Under the pieces are notes generated by a model. The model saw nothing but the letters and a program-made list of their open reading frames with translations. It was not told the DNA's origin and did no database searches. A stretch of DNA of 33,879 nucleotides from an uncultured Candidatus Saccharimonas sp. (lineage in GTDB: Bacteria; Patescibacteriota; Saccharimonadia; Saccharimonadales; Saccharimonadaceae): assembly GCA_964613925.1 (NCBI GenBank), contig CAZTKH010000001.1, positions 1-33,879 on the forward strand. Reading direction: 5' to 3'. Within the stretch, counting starts at the first letter, position 1. Each line of letters opens with the position of its first letter. Both the position numbers and the translations under genes were made by a program. Below are positions 25,189 to 33,879 of this stretch, one piece after another.

Positions 25189-26937
25189 TTACCAACCGCC
25201 GCCGCCGCCACCACCACCGCCGCCGCCTGAAAAACCGCCACCGCCCGAACCACTCGATGACGAACTATAACTGCTTAGTGTTGATGTTGAAGAAAAACTT
25301 GATATTGCCGAGCTAAATACGGCCGCATTAAATACAGAACTGCCCGAATACCAATCTGGACTTATTGATTGCTGATCATAGTATTTGCCAAGTACTTTCG
25401 TCCACTCTTTTTCATTTCCAAATAGAACAGCATAAGGTAATAATCTTTCATACAACTTAACCATTGCCTGGTTGTCATTAGTATCAATTATAATTTTTTC
25501 CGCGCCGAGAGGGCTTTGCAAATATTTAATCCTATCCTCTTCGGCAGTTTTAATATACATTTTTAAACCATCAAGATAATCTTTTAGTTCAGCTCCTTTT
25601 TTAGATAATGGCTTTAAACTACTAGAAAGAATTAATGAAACACATAGCGGCACGATACTAACGCCCATAAATAAGATAAGAACACCCATAACAATCTCTA
25701 ATTTATGCATACGTCTTTTTATTAATTTGACGTCTTCATAATAACCATTTTCAACGGCTTGCTTGCCTACGGCGTCCTTAATTAGCTTAATCCTGGGATA
25801 TAAAGTGTAATCAGGAGCGGAAGCATCAAATTCATATACGCCCCCTAAAGGAAGATGGTGTCCGAATATTGCTTTTAGTATTTGCGTTTCAGAATCAGTT
25901 AAATTATTTGTTGAAATTAATTCAATTTTGTAAGATTTTTGTTTAAAAATACCCTTTTCAGATTCAATAATTCTAATATTTTTTCTAACCGCAAAATCAA
26001 TATATTGAGCAGATATCCAAGAATAGTAATTATTAACAATAACGCTCGATAAAACTATATCAACATTTTTTGGAGGAAGATACTCAGGAATTATTGAACG
26101 ACCAGTTTTCGCGACATTTTTAGTTCTGATATATAAAATAATTATTCGGATCATAATTATTAAAGAAAAAATCAAGGCAATCGCAGAAGCAATAAAATAT
26201 GCAATTATTAGGTATTCTAAAACAATCTCAAGTGGTGTTTTTTGATATGCAACAAAAGAATCCTTATTAAAGCCAACCGCGATTGTCATATTTTGACCTG
26301 GTTTTAATATATTTTGGTTTGCAACGATAATTCCATTATTATTATGTATTTCACATTTATTATTTGATTTATAAGCTCCATAATAACAAGCCATTTTACC
26401 GTTGAGGTTTGAGGTTATCGACGCATCAACATACAACCTTGCCGTAATTTTTTCAAAATTTTGGCTCCAACCGTTTCCATTAACATCCCAATAAAACTCA
26501 TCCGAATTTGAATCTTTAAAATAACGAGTTACGTCATTTTGACTATAAGTTATGACATAAGTCACAATTCCATGAACGTATTTATTTTTGTCGCCAATTC
26601 TAATAACCAGGTTATTATTTTTTGTTGATGTCGCATAAGGCATAGCGCTGCCATTTTCATCAACCACTGATTCAAGATTTATATTTGTGCTATGACCGTC
26701 ATATATCTTAGGAATTGCCCTTTCGATACCGTGATTTTGGTCATAATTAGGAAATTCAGCGACAATTTTTTCAACCGTTTTTAAAACCGATCGATTATTA
26801 GAATCTTTTGACAGAAAATAGTCAGCTTGAAAATCTTTAATAACAAAATCGTCAACCGAAGCGTAAGTATTATTACCTAATGCAATAATGACAGTAAAAA
26901 TTGACAATATTAAGCATATGGCAAAGCGTCTTTTCAT
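25189..26937 (-). CDS. DUF2207-like membrane protein with a C-terminal Ser/Gly-rich tail ending GGGGGGGGGGGW
   Basis: It has a signal/anchor, an extracytoplasmic domain of about 220 aa, TM segments, a cytoplasmic middle region and further TM segments. The tail is SSSSGSGGGGFSGGGGGGGGGGGW. Architecture and tail match my memory of DUF2207. Confidence 0.7.
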   Translation of the reverse strand: MKRRFAICLILSIFTVIIALGNNTYASVDDFVIKDFQADYFLSKDSNNRSVLKTVEKIVAEFPNYDQNHGIERAIPKIYDGHSTNINLESVVDENGSAMPYATSTKNNNLVIRIGDKNKYVHGIVTYVITYSQNDVTRYFKDSNSDEFYWDVNGNGWSQNFEKITARLYVDASITSNLNGKMACYYGAYKSNNKCEIHNNNGIIVANQNILKPGQNMTIAVGFNKDSFVAYQKTPLEIVLEYLIIAYFIASAIALIFSLIIMIRIIILYIRTKNVAKTGRSIIPEYLPPKNVDIVLSSVIVNNYYSWISAQYIDFAVRKNIRIIESEKGIFKQKSYKIELISTNNLTDSETQILKAIFGHHLPLGGVYEFDASAPDYTLYPRIKLIKDAVGKQAVENGYYEDVKLIKRRMHKLEIVMGVLILFMGVSIVPLCVSLILSSSLKPLSKKGAELKDYLDGLKMYIKTAEEDRIKYLQSPLGAEKIIIDTNDNQAMVKLYERLLPYAVLFGNEKEWTKVLGKYYDQQSISPDWYSGSSVFNAAVFSSAISSFSSTSTLSSYSSSSSGSGGGGFSGGGGGGGGGGGW

Positions 26938-26973
26938 GATACAAGTATAGCAAATATCGATGAATTCGTTATT

Positions 26974-28254
26974 TTATTCAGTTCTAAGCGCATCGATTGG
27001 GTTTAATTTTGATGCTTTACGGGCTGGTAAAACCCCAGACAGCACTGAAACCACTATTAACCCAGCAATAACCATAAATATGCTCATTGGCTCAAAAATT
27101 AACAAACTAATCTTGCCAAGCGCTAAATAATCACTAATATATGGGTTGGCGATACTACCACCAAATACTGCTAATATTGCGCCAATCGCCCCTCCAATAA
27201 ATCCAATCCAAGCGGCTTCAAGTTTAAACAATCTGCCGATATCACGACGCCGCATACCCAAAGCTTTCATTAAGCCAATTTGCTGAGTTCTTTCGAGAAC
27301 GCTTATATATTGAGTATTAATAATTCCAAAAACCGACGTAAGGACCGCCAAAGAGCCAAATCCAATCAAAATAGCCTGCAAAACATCAATAAATTGAAAA
27401 ATAAATCCCATCATATCTTCGGCAGTTTGAGCTTCATATCCAAGATCTGATAACTGTGTTTTTACCTTATTAACATCAACGCCTTCCTTAGCAGTAACCG
27501 TTATCTGTACATACGATCCATACATCGGAGTGCCTTTTTGATTATATTCATTTAATATTTTCATACTATTATCACTTAGCTGTAAGGCCGAGCCGGCGCT
27601 TACGCGCATAACCGATTTTTTCGTAACACCAACAACTTTAAATTCAAAAGCCTTCGACTCTTTATTCAAATAATCGCTATCACCTTTTTCAACTATAACC
27701 TGCAATTTTTTACCAATCATTTCTTGTGCGCTGCCATAGCCAAATGCCTCGCGATACATATCCGAAATTATCACTCCATCAGCCATAATTCCATCATCAC
27801 CACCAGCGATAAAATCTAATTTTATACTTGCATTATAGGTTTCAAGGCTAGCGAGGTATTTATCACTGCCTTCCATAGTTATATACTTTGCACTAAACAT
27901 ATAATATGGAGACACTTTTTCAACATCGGAGAGTGTTTTTATCTTTTCGATATCTTTATCTTGAAGTGCTTTTAAATTTTGAGCATAGACGCCGTAGTCA
28001 ATCGTTGGTTCTTCGGAATATTTTTTCGGTTTTGTAATATCAGTCTGTTCTTGTTTTAATTGAACGTATAAATCTTGAGTATTAGTATTACTGCTAATAA
28101 TATCCTCAACGTATGCTCGACCACCCGCACCGGCTGCAAAACTCAAAATAATCGTAAAAGAGCCAACACCAATCGCTAAGCTTGTTAACAACGTTCTCGC
28201 CTTTGCATGTCTAAGGCTGCGTCCAGATCGTATTAAAATATCGCGTATCTTCAT
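26974..28254 (-). CDS. MacB/FtsX-type ABC transporter permease (4 TM, large extracytoplasmic domain between TM1 and TM2)
   Basis: N-terminal RHAKARTLLTSLAIGVGSF, an extracytoplasmic domain of about 250 aa and a C-terminal FtsX-like domain (QQIGLMKALGMRRRDI...PARKASKLNPIDALR) are present. Confidence 0.88.
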   Translation of the reverse strand: MKIRDILIRSGRSLRHAKARTLLTSLAIGVGSFTIILSFAAGAGGRAYVEDIISSNTNTQDLYVQLKQEQTDITKPKKYSEEPTIDYGVYAQNLKALQDKDIEKIKTLSDVEKVSPYYMFSAKYITMEGSDKYLASLETYNASIKLDFIAGGDDGIMADGVIISDMYREAFGYGSAQEMIGKKLQVIVEKGDSDYLNKESKAFEFKVVGVTKKSVMRVSAGSALQLSDNSMKILNEYNQKGTPMYGSYVQITVTAKEGVDVNKVKTQLSDLGYEAQTAEDMMGFIFQFIDVLQAILIGFGSLAVLTSVFGIINTQYISVLERTQQIGLMKALGMRRRDIGRLFKLEAAWIGFIGGAIGAILAVFGGSIANPYISDYLALGKISLLIFEPMSIFMVIAGLIVVSVLSGVLPARKASKLNPIDALRTE

Positions 28255-28934
28255 TATTTTATCCCTTCAATTAAGTCAATTTTGCCATCTTTGATATGGA
28301 TTTTAATATCACAGCGTTCAGCCAAATCAGCATCGTGAGTAACGATAATCAAAGTCACATTGTTTTTCTTGTTATAGCCGAATAATAAATCTTCAATTCT
28401 CTTTCCAGTCGTGCTATCAAGATTTCCAGTTGGCTCATCAGCAAACAAAATTTTAGGATTATTAACCAAAGCTCTTGCCACAGCCAACCTTTGTTTTTGA
28501 CCTCCAGACAGAGTTTGAGCTCGTGCTTTTTTCTTTTCAATTAAATCCACGGCTCTTAGTGCAGATTCAATTTTTTGACGTCTTTTAAAAATCGAGACGC
28601 CAGCAATTTCAAGTGGTAAACTGACATTATCGTAACAAGTTTCTTTAGCTTGAACAAAAAAACTCTGAAAGATAAAACCCATTGTTTCGGATCGAAATTT
28701 ATCAATATTTTTTGCACCTAACTTAAAAAGATTCTGACCATCAATATTAATAGTTCCCTTGTTTGGCTTATCTAGCCCGCTCATAACGTGCATTAGGGTT
28801 GATTTACCACTACCTGATTTGCCAAGTATTGCAACGCTTGCTCCATCAGGAATAACAAAACTAGCATTATCCAATGCGGTAAAAGAATTGCCTTTTTTGC
28901 CATAAATTTTTGAAACCCCATGAACTTCAATCAT
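28254..28934 (-). CDS. ABC transporter ATP-binding protein (MacB/LolD-like)
   Basis: Walker A GKSGSGKSTLMHVM, signature LSGGQKQRLAVARA and Walker B ILFADEPTGNLD are present. The stop overlaps the permease start. Confidence 0.93.
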   Translation of the reverse strand: MIEVHGVSKIYGKKGNSFTALDNASFVIPDGASVAILGKSGSGKSTLMHVMSGLDKPNKGTINIDGQNLFKLGAKNIDKFRSETMGFIFQSFFVQAKETCYDNVSLPLEIAGVSIFKRRQKIESALRAVDLIEKKKARAQTLSGGQKQRLAVARALVNNPKILFADEPTGNLDSTTGKRIEDLLFGYNKKNNVTLIIVTHDADLAERCDIKIHIKDGKIDLIEGIK

Positions 28935-28969
28935 AATAAATACCGATCTTTTAAATTTAGTAAAAGTTA

Positions 28970-30481
28970 TTATTCAAATTTTATATCTGAATAAATATCT
29001 TTTGTAACGTTATCAATCTCGTGGCGCATTTGCGGGAAAGGTACGCCTTCTCTGGCACTAACGCCTTCAAATATCCAAAAGACTCGTTCGCTATAGCCCC
29101 ATCCGCAGGCTGGTGGCATGCCATATTCGAGCATCTCGATGTAATCAATATCAAGCATCATCGCCTCTTTATCGCCAGCTTCACGCATTTGTTGCTGTTC
29201 GACAAACCTATTTAATTGTTCGACTGGATCGTTTAATTCCGAAAAGCCGTTGCCAAGTTCACTTCCAGCAATAATTGGCTGAAACCTCTGAACTGATCGT
29301 GGGTCATTAGGATTTTCTTTTGATAATGGACTAATAAACTTCGGCGTGTTAACTAACCAAATTGGACCAACGACATCTTTGCGAATATTTTTCCATAACT
29401 TATCAATACTACGCGCCCGATTCTCTGTATCTTTTACTTCTAGTTTGTTTACTATCAAAGACTGCTTAATGTCGTCAAGTGAACTCTCATAAACATCAAT
29501 ACCATATCTTTCTTTTATAACCGTAGCATAATCCCAAACTTCCCAAGTTTTGCTCATATCGACATCAAAACCGCGCACATTAAACTGCAAGGTTCCAAAA
29601 GTTTTTTCGATGGTATATCGGTACATCTCTTCCATAAATTTCATGCCGTCTTGCCAGTTAGCATATGCCCAGTACCATTCCATGGCGATATGTTCAGGAA
29701 GATGCTCGTCGGTATAGCCTTCATTTCTAAACCGCGGCCCGATATCGTAAACCTTTTCAAATCCACCACCAAGCAATCGTTTTAGTGGCAATTCATGGCT
29801 AATACGTAGATAAAAATCCTCATCAAGCGATTCCATATGAGTTACAAATGGAGTTGCGTCAGCGCCACCCGTAGTGTGCTCTAGTACTGGAACATTTACT
29901 TCAATAAAGCCGTTATTATTCAAAAAATCACGAGTTGCTTGCCAAAATTTGCTACGACGAACAAAACGCTCTCGAACATCAACATTAACGTTCATATCAA
30001 CATATCGACGGCGAAGTCGCTCTTCCTTGTTAGTAAACCCGTCAATCACACTTGGCATTGGGCGCAAAGCTTTTGATAACAACCTTAGATTAGTTGTTTC
30101 AATTGAGGTTTCACCCGTTTTACTCTTAATTACTTTTCCAGTAGCTTCGACAAAATCACCAGTATCTAGCAGTGGCAATTCTGAAATACCCAACTGTGAA
30201 TTAGCTGGGTTAATTGGGGCAATAATATCCGAGCGAATAAATAATTGTATTGCAGAAGTTTGATCTTTTACAACAATAAAAGCTAATTTACCAAATTTCC
30301 TTATGCCAGTAATTCTACCTACAACCGTGACTAATTGGTTTTCAAATTTTTCAAAATTATCTATTATCTCAATATTTTTACAAGTACGTTTTGAATCAGC
30401 CGGATATGTATTAATACCAGCATTTTTTAAATCTTGTAATTTTCTTAATCTCTCGTCTCGGAAGTCTTTTAATGTAGCCAT
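28970..30481 (-). CDS. lysS: Lysine--tRNA ligase, class II
   Basis: An OB-fold anticodon-binding N-domain is present. LRISHELPLKRLLGGGFEKVYDIGPRFRNEG and GWGYSERVFWIF are present. The protein is 503 aa. Confidence 0.96.
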   Translation of the reverse strand: MATLKDFRDERLRKLQDLKNAGINTYPADSKRTCKNIEIIDNFEKFENQLVTVVGRITGIRKFGKLAFIVVKDQTSAIQLFIRSDIIAPINPANSQLGISELPLLDTGDFVEATGKVIKSKTGETSIETTNLRLLSKALRPMPSVIDGFTNKEERLRRRYVDMNVNVDVRERFVRRSKFWQATRDFLNNNGFIEVNVPVLEHTTGGADATPFVTHMESLDEDFYLRISHELPLKRLLGGGFEKVYDIGPRFRNEGYTDEHLPEHIAMEWYWAYANWQDGMKFMEEMYRYTIEKTFGTLQFNVRGFDVDMSKTWEVWDYATVIKERYGIDVYESSLDDIKQSLIVNKLEVKDTENRARSIDKLWKNIRKDVVGPIWLVNTPKFISPLSKENPNDPRSVQRFQPIIAGSELGNGFSELNDPVEQLNRFVEQQQMREAGDKEAMMLDIDYIEMLEYGMPPACGWGYSERVFWIFEGVSAREGVPFPQMRHEIDNVTKDIYSDIKFE

Positions 30482-30503
30482 ATAAGCTAAATTATACCAT
30501 TAT

Positions 30504-30959
30504 TTAGCTAATGCTGGCTATTTGATAGTTAATTGATCCTTTTGGAGTTGATATAGTGACCTGTTCACCAACTTTTTTGCCAAAAAGAGCTTCGCCGATT
30601 GGTGATTTGTTGCTAATTTTGCCTTCAAGCGGGTCAGCTTCAACTGGACCAACAATCATATATACGACGGTATCATTATCAATTTTTAATTCAACACGGC
30701 TACCCAAAGATACTTTGCTGTCGCCATTATTTTTGATAATTTCGGCATTCTGTAAAACATCCTCAATATCAGCGATTCTTGTTTCGACGATACCCTGCTC
30801 TTCACGAGCAACATCATATTCAGCATTTTCGCTCAAATCACCATAGTCACGCGCTTCGGCAATTTTTGCAGCAATTTCACCACGGCGGCTTTTTAGAGTT
30901 ATTAATTCCTCTTCAAGTTCTTTTCGACCATTAGCTGTAATTTGGTATAGTTTTTTCAT
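30504..30959 (-). CDS. greA: Transcription elongation factor GreA
   Basis: MKKLYQITANGRKELEEELITLKSRRGEIAAKIAEARDYGDLSENAEYDVAREEQ. I prefer the ATG at 30959 (GAGGA SD 8 nt upstream) over the TTG at 30974. Confidence 0.92.
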   Translation of the reverse strand: MKKLYQITANGRKELEEELITLKSRRGEIAAKIAEARDYGDLSENAEYDVAREEQGIVETRIADIEDVLQNAEIIKNNGDSKVSLGSRVELKIDNDTVVYMIVGPVEADPLEGKISNKSPIGEALFGKKVGEQVTISTPKGSINYQIASIS

Positions 30960-31046
30960 CTTTATAATCCTCAAATATTCTCAAAAAGTGTCTTATATTA
31001 AAATAGAAACACCATATATAGCGTAATACTACAAAAGGTGTTACTG

Positions 31047-32291
31047 TTAGCTTAGTTTAGCAAGCAGTTGCTCGCGTGTCAATAACAATTTTTCACCAGT
31101 TTTTCTTTCAGTAAATTCATACATACCAGACTCAATTAGCCTATCGCTGACCGTTAAGCGATACGGAATACCCATAAGTTCGCTATCGGCGAATTTTTGA
31201 CCTGGTCGAACATCACGATCATCATAAATAACTTCAATATTTTTTGCTTTTAATTCATGATAAAGGTCATAGGCTTGTTTTTTTGCATCATCGCCGCCGA
31301 TACTAACCAAATAAATAGTAAATGGCGCAACATTTTTTGGCCAAACTAAACCCTTATCGTCAGAAAAATGCTCTGCTAACAACCCCATAACCCTACTTGG
31401 ACCAATACCATAGCTACCCATAAAAACCGGCTTTATCTCACCCTTTTCATCAACATAAGTCAAATCTAATGCATCTGAAAACTTCGTTCCAAGTGTAAAT
31501 ATATTGCCAACCTCAATCGCCTTTTTTTCAACTAATTCGTCTTTGTTTATGTCCAAATCTGCTAAAACTTCGTCATTATACACTTCTTGATTAATGGCAA
31601 TTTTTCTTGCTTCGTGAACAAAAATCTTATCTTCGCCCACTTCGCTAATTGTCTGAAATTCGTGGCTATATTTGCTAAAACTACCACCGCTAGCAAAAGT
31701 TTTATAGGTTATATCACCGATACCCAATCTTTCAAACACGCGATTGTAGGCATCCGTCATTTTTTCATAAAATTTTTCGTGTTCTTCGCGATTAAGACTA
31801 AAATTATACAAATCCTTCATTAAAAATTCGCGACCACGCATTAAACCACTCTTGCTACGCAATTCATTTCTAAATTTAATTTGAAACTGATATGGATAAG
31901 CTGGCAAATCTTTGTAACTATGAATAAAATTCTTCATAATCCTAGTCAACGGCTCTTCATGGGTTGGCGCTAAACCCGCCTCGCTACCATTGGCAAGTTT
32001 TGTTTTAAACCAAACGTCCATAACCTCATCGCTCCATCTCCCCGAAGCCACCCATGGCTCTTTAGATTGTAGGGCAGTTAAGCTCATTTCTTGGCCACCA
32101 ACAGCGTTCATCTCTTCACGAATAATCTGAACAATTTTATCAAGAACAATTTTTCCAAGTGGCAAATATGTATAAACCCCAGCTAATTCTTTGTAAACAA
32201 AACCGGCACGAATTAATAATTGTGCATTTTTTGAAACTTCATCCGAAGGCGCGTCTTTACTGGTTTTTGTGAATAGTTGTGATACAAGCAT
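31047..32291 (-). CDS. proS: Proline--tRNA ligase, bacterial-type core without the INS editing domain
   Basis: LAPTHEEPLT, FRNELRSKSGLMRGREFLMKD and SYGIGPSRVMG are present, with a C-terminal anticodon-binding domain. It is only 414 aa, with a short link between motifs 2 and 3. Confidence 0.92.
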   Translation of the reverse strand: MLVSQLFTKTSKDAPSDEVSKNAQLLIRAGFVYKELAGVYTYLPLGKIVLDKIVQIIREEMNAVGGQEMSLTALQSKEPWVASGRWSDEVMDVWFKTKLANGSEAGLAPTHEEPLTRIMKNFIHSYKDLPAYPYQFQIKFRNELRSKSGLMRGREFLMKDLYNFSLNREEHEKFYEKMTDAYNRVFERLGIGDITYKTFASGGSFSKYSHEFQTISEVGEDKIFVHEARKIAINQEVYNDEVLADLDINKDELVEKKAIEVGNIFTLGTKFSDALDLTYVDEKGEIKPVFMGSYGIGPSRVMGLLAEHFSDDKGLVWPKNVAPFTIYLVSIGGDDAKKQAYDLYHELKAKNIEVIYDDRDVRPGQKFADSELMGIPYRLTVSDRLIESGMYEFTERKTGEKLLLTREQLLAKLS

Positions 32292-32300
32292 ATCGGTTTC

Positions 32301-33062
32301 CTAATTAATTAAAAATAATGGACTTATAAACAGTATATAATACGCGATGCCATTTTTCGCCATATGAAGTAAAATTGATGCCCATAAATTGCCAGTGATC
32401 TGGCGCAATAAACATAAAATTACACTTAAAACAAAGGTGTCTATCGCTATATTCCACTGTCCGTGAATTGCGCCAAACAAAATGCTGGTAATTATAATAG
32501 AAACCCAAATTGGTATGTTGTATTTTCGTAACTTTCCAAACAAATAACCTCTGAATAGTATCTCTTCGGCTACTGGCGCAACAATTACTAAGGTTATAAA
32601 AGCTAGAATATATTCATATTTTTGGCTCATTTCACTAAAGCCAACATTTTGCGCTTGGTTAATATTCAAATTTGGAAAAAAATTAAAAAACAACAGAGAC
32701 ATTATTGCAGAAAAAATAACATAAATTATTAAACCTGCCGGTGAAAGCAAAATATCCATCCATGATGGCAATCTCGAAAAACCAAGCTCTTCTTTACTCG
32801 TTTTATGTCGTCTAATTAGCCATGGCAGTCCGGCGGTAATTATAATTGCAAGCAAATATATAATTGAAGACAAAATCGTGTTTAGTACTGATTCATTCAA
32901 AACACCGAAAGGAACACCTAGATTTTTTAACAACACACAACCATATGTTACGGCTAGTTCAGCTGTAAAAAACCCAACAAAAACCAAAGACGGCAAAGCA
33001 AGTATCATTGACCAACGGATCTTTTTTGGTGTTTCTATTAATTGATTATTAGTTTCTTTCAT
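32301..33062 (-). CDS. CPBP family intramembrane glutamic endopeptidase (CAAX protease/Abi-like)
   Basis: APVAEEILFRGYLF (EExxxR), FGAIHG (FxxxH) and HMAKN are present in a polytopic membrane protein. Confidence 0.88.
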   Translation of the reverse strand: MKETNNQLIETPKKIRWSMILALPSLVFVGFFTAELAVTYGCVLLKNLGVPFGVLNESVLNTILSSIIYLLAIIITAGLPWLIRRHKTSKEELGFSRLPSWMDILLSPAGLIIYVIFSAIMSLLFFNFFPNLNINQAQNVGFSEMSQKYEYILAFITLVIVAPVAEEILFRGYLFGKLRKYNIPIWVSIIITSILFGAIHGQWNIAIDTFVLSVILCLLRQITGNLWASILLHMAKNGIAYYILFISPLFLIN

Positions 33063-33879
33063 TAAAATATCTTTATAATATCATTTATTGTTATTAACAC
33101 CACTAAAGCCATTAAGCTATAAAAGCCAATCGCTTGAATTTTTTCTTCTCGTTCTTTTGTTAAGTCTTTTTTTAATAACTTAAACATAGTCGTCACCAAC
33201 CACCTACCGCCATCAAGCGCAGGAATTGGCAGAATATTCATCACAGCCAATGAAATTGATACAATAGCCGTCAGTAGGATAAGCTGTTGAAGTCCACCTT
33301 GTAGTGCTGTTGGAAAAATACTTCCCAAAATACCAACCGGGCCAGCAACATTATCACCAACCGATTGAATTCCAGAACTAAATATATTTACAACTAGATT
33401 ACCCAAACTTTGAATTGTTAACCAAGTAAATTGAGCCGTAGTAACAACTCCAACAATTGGCGCTGACCAAGTTGATTTTTGAACCTCTGATTGGCCTAAA
33501 CTTGCTCCAATAATATAACCACCATCTTTATCGTTTTGAAAATCTATTGTTGTATTTTTCTCAACATTATCACGTAAATACGTTATTTCTACTTTTTCAT
33601 TTTGATGAGATTTTGAAAATTCAATCAATTCATCAACAGTCTTAACTGATTTCTGATCGATTTTTAAAATCTTATCATTGCTCAATAGACCCGCTTTTTC
33701 AGCCGCACCATCTTTAGATACAGAAACAATTTGGACTGGTTGATATACTACTGCAGTATCCCCTTCAACGTTAAACTGATTAGGAATTATTTTTGGCAAG
33801 CCAAAAAAAGCCAAAATTGTTAATAATATAGCAGCAAAAGCCCAGTTAAAAAGCACTCCTGCAAATAAAATTTTAGTTT
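33062..33879 (-). CDS. rseP: RseP-like M50 site-2 protease; the 5' end (HExxH region) lies beyond the window
   Basis: The frame stays open upstream of the track GTG start to the window edge (...TKILFAGVLFNW, resembling the AGxxxN segment). A PDZ region (AAEKAGLLSNDKILKIDQKSV) and the C-terminal NILPIPALDGGRWL motif are present. Confidence 0.8.
   Translation of the reverse strand, partial: TKILFAGVLFNWAFAAILLTILAFFGLPKIIPNQFNVEGDTAVVYQPVQIVSVSKDGAAEKAGLLSNDKILKIDQKSVKTVDELIEFSKSHQNEKVEITYLRDNVEKNTTIDFQNDKDGGYIIGASLGQSEVQKSTWSAPIVGVVTTAQFTWLTIQSLGNLVVNIFSSGIQSVGDNVAGPVGILGSIFPTALQGGLQQLILLTAIVSISLAVMNILPIPALDGGRWLVTTMFKLLKKDLTKEREEKIQAIGFYSLMALVVLITINDIIKIF

Noticed and set aside
25195-25227. 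The ACC/GCC triplet tract as a microsatellite or phase-variation switch.
   Set aside because: It encodes the poly-Gly tail that I remember as characteristic of DUF2207 proteins. Slippage in triplet units would not shift the frame. It is kept only as a minor note under the ABC/DUF2207 finding.
1-33879. Search for CRISPR repeats, tRNA/rRNA genes, transposases, integrases, prophage genes and toxin-antitoxin pairs.
   Set aside because: No regularly spaced direct repeats were seen. No intergenic gap has cloverleaf potential; only the gaps at 2755-3019 and 23093-23851 exceed about 140 nt. No ORF has recombinase or transposase motifs. Manual reading cannot exclude short or diverged elements.

Overview
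This is a compact, AT-rich bacterial window. About 31 protein genes are packed tightly, and all but three are on the minus strand. I found no rRNA, tRNA, CRISPR array, transposase or integrase. Gene content and style suggest a reduced Patescibacteria/CPR genome, possibly Saccharibacteria-like; that is inference only. The supporting traits are short operons with overlapping stop/start codons, a type IV pilin, minimal two-component proteins, and TGA used as a stop with RF2 present.

Most of the window is housekeeping:
- Four class II aminoacyl-tRNA synthetases: glyQS, serS, lysS, proS.
- DNA repair and RNA/DNA processing: recO, xseA/xseB, rnhA.
- Translation, transcription and secretion: rpmA, hpf, secA, prfB, greA.
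- Cell wall, division and proteolysis: murD, an M16 peptidase, ftsE-ftsX with a translationally coupled PcsB-like CHAP hydrolase, an S41 Ctp protease, a CPBP protease and an RseP-like protease.
- A MacB-type ABC pair followed by a DUF2207 membrane protein.
- The order hpf-secA...prfB...ftsEX...ctp resembles, from memory, the Bacillus subtilis arrangement.

The non-housekeeping material sits in two places.
1. Positions 1-3035 hold three units: a pilin whose C-terminal domain looks like an FGE-sulfatase/SUMF1 (lectin-like) fold; a self-contained bicistron of RNase HI plus a 326-aa protein I read as DUF4868/KwaB-like (Kiwa defence effector family) with no KwaA partner; and a tiny lysine-rich micro-ORF unit.
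2. Positions 23208-23747 hold a somewhat GC-richer, self-contained unit with its own promoter, stem-loops and terminator. It encodes a 110-aa acidic protein with no recognisable family, between serS and hpf.

The rnhA-DUF4868 cassette is my best candidate for an undescribed system. The family assignment is from memory and needs an HMM or structure check.
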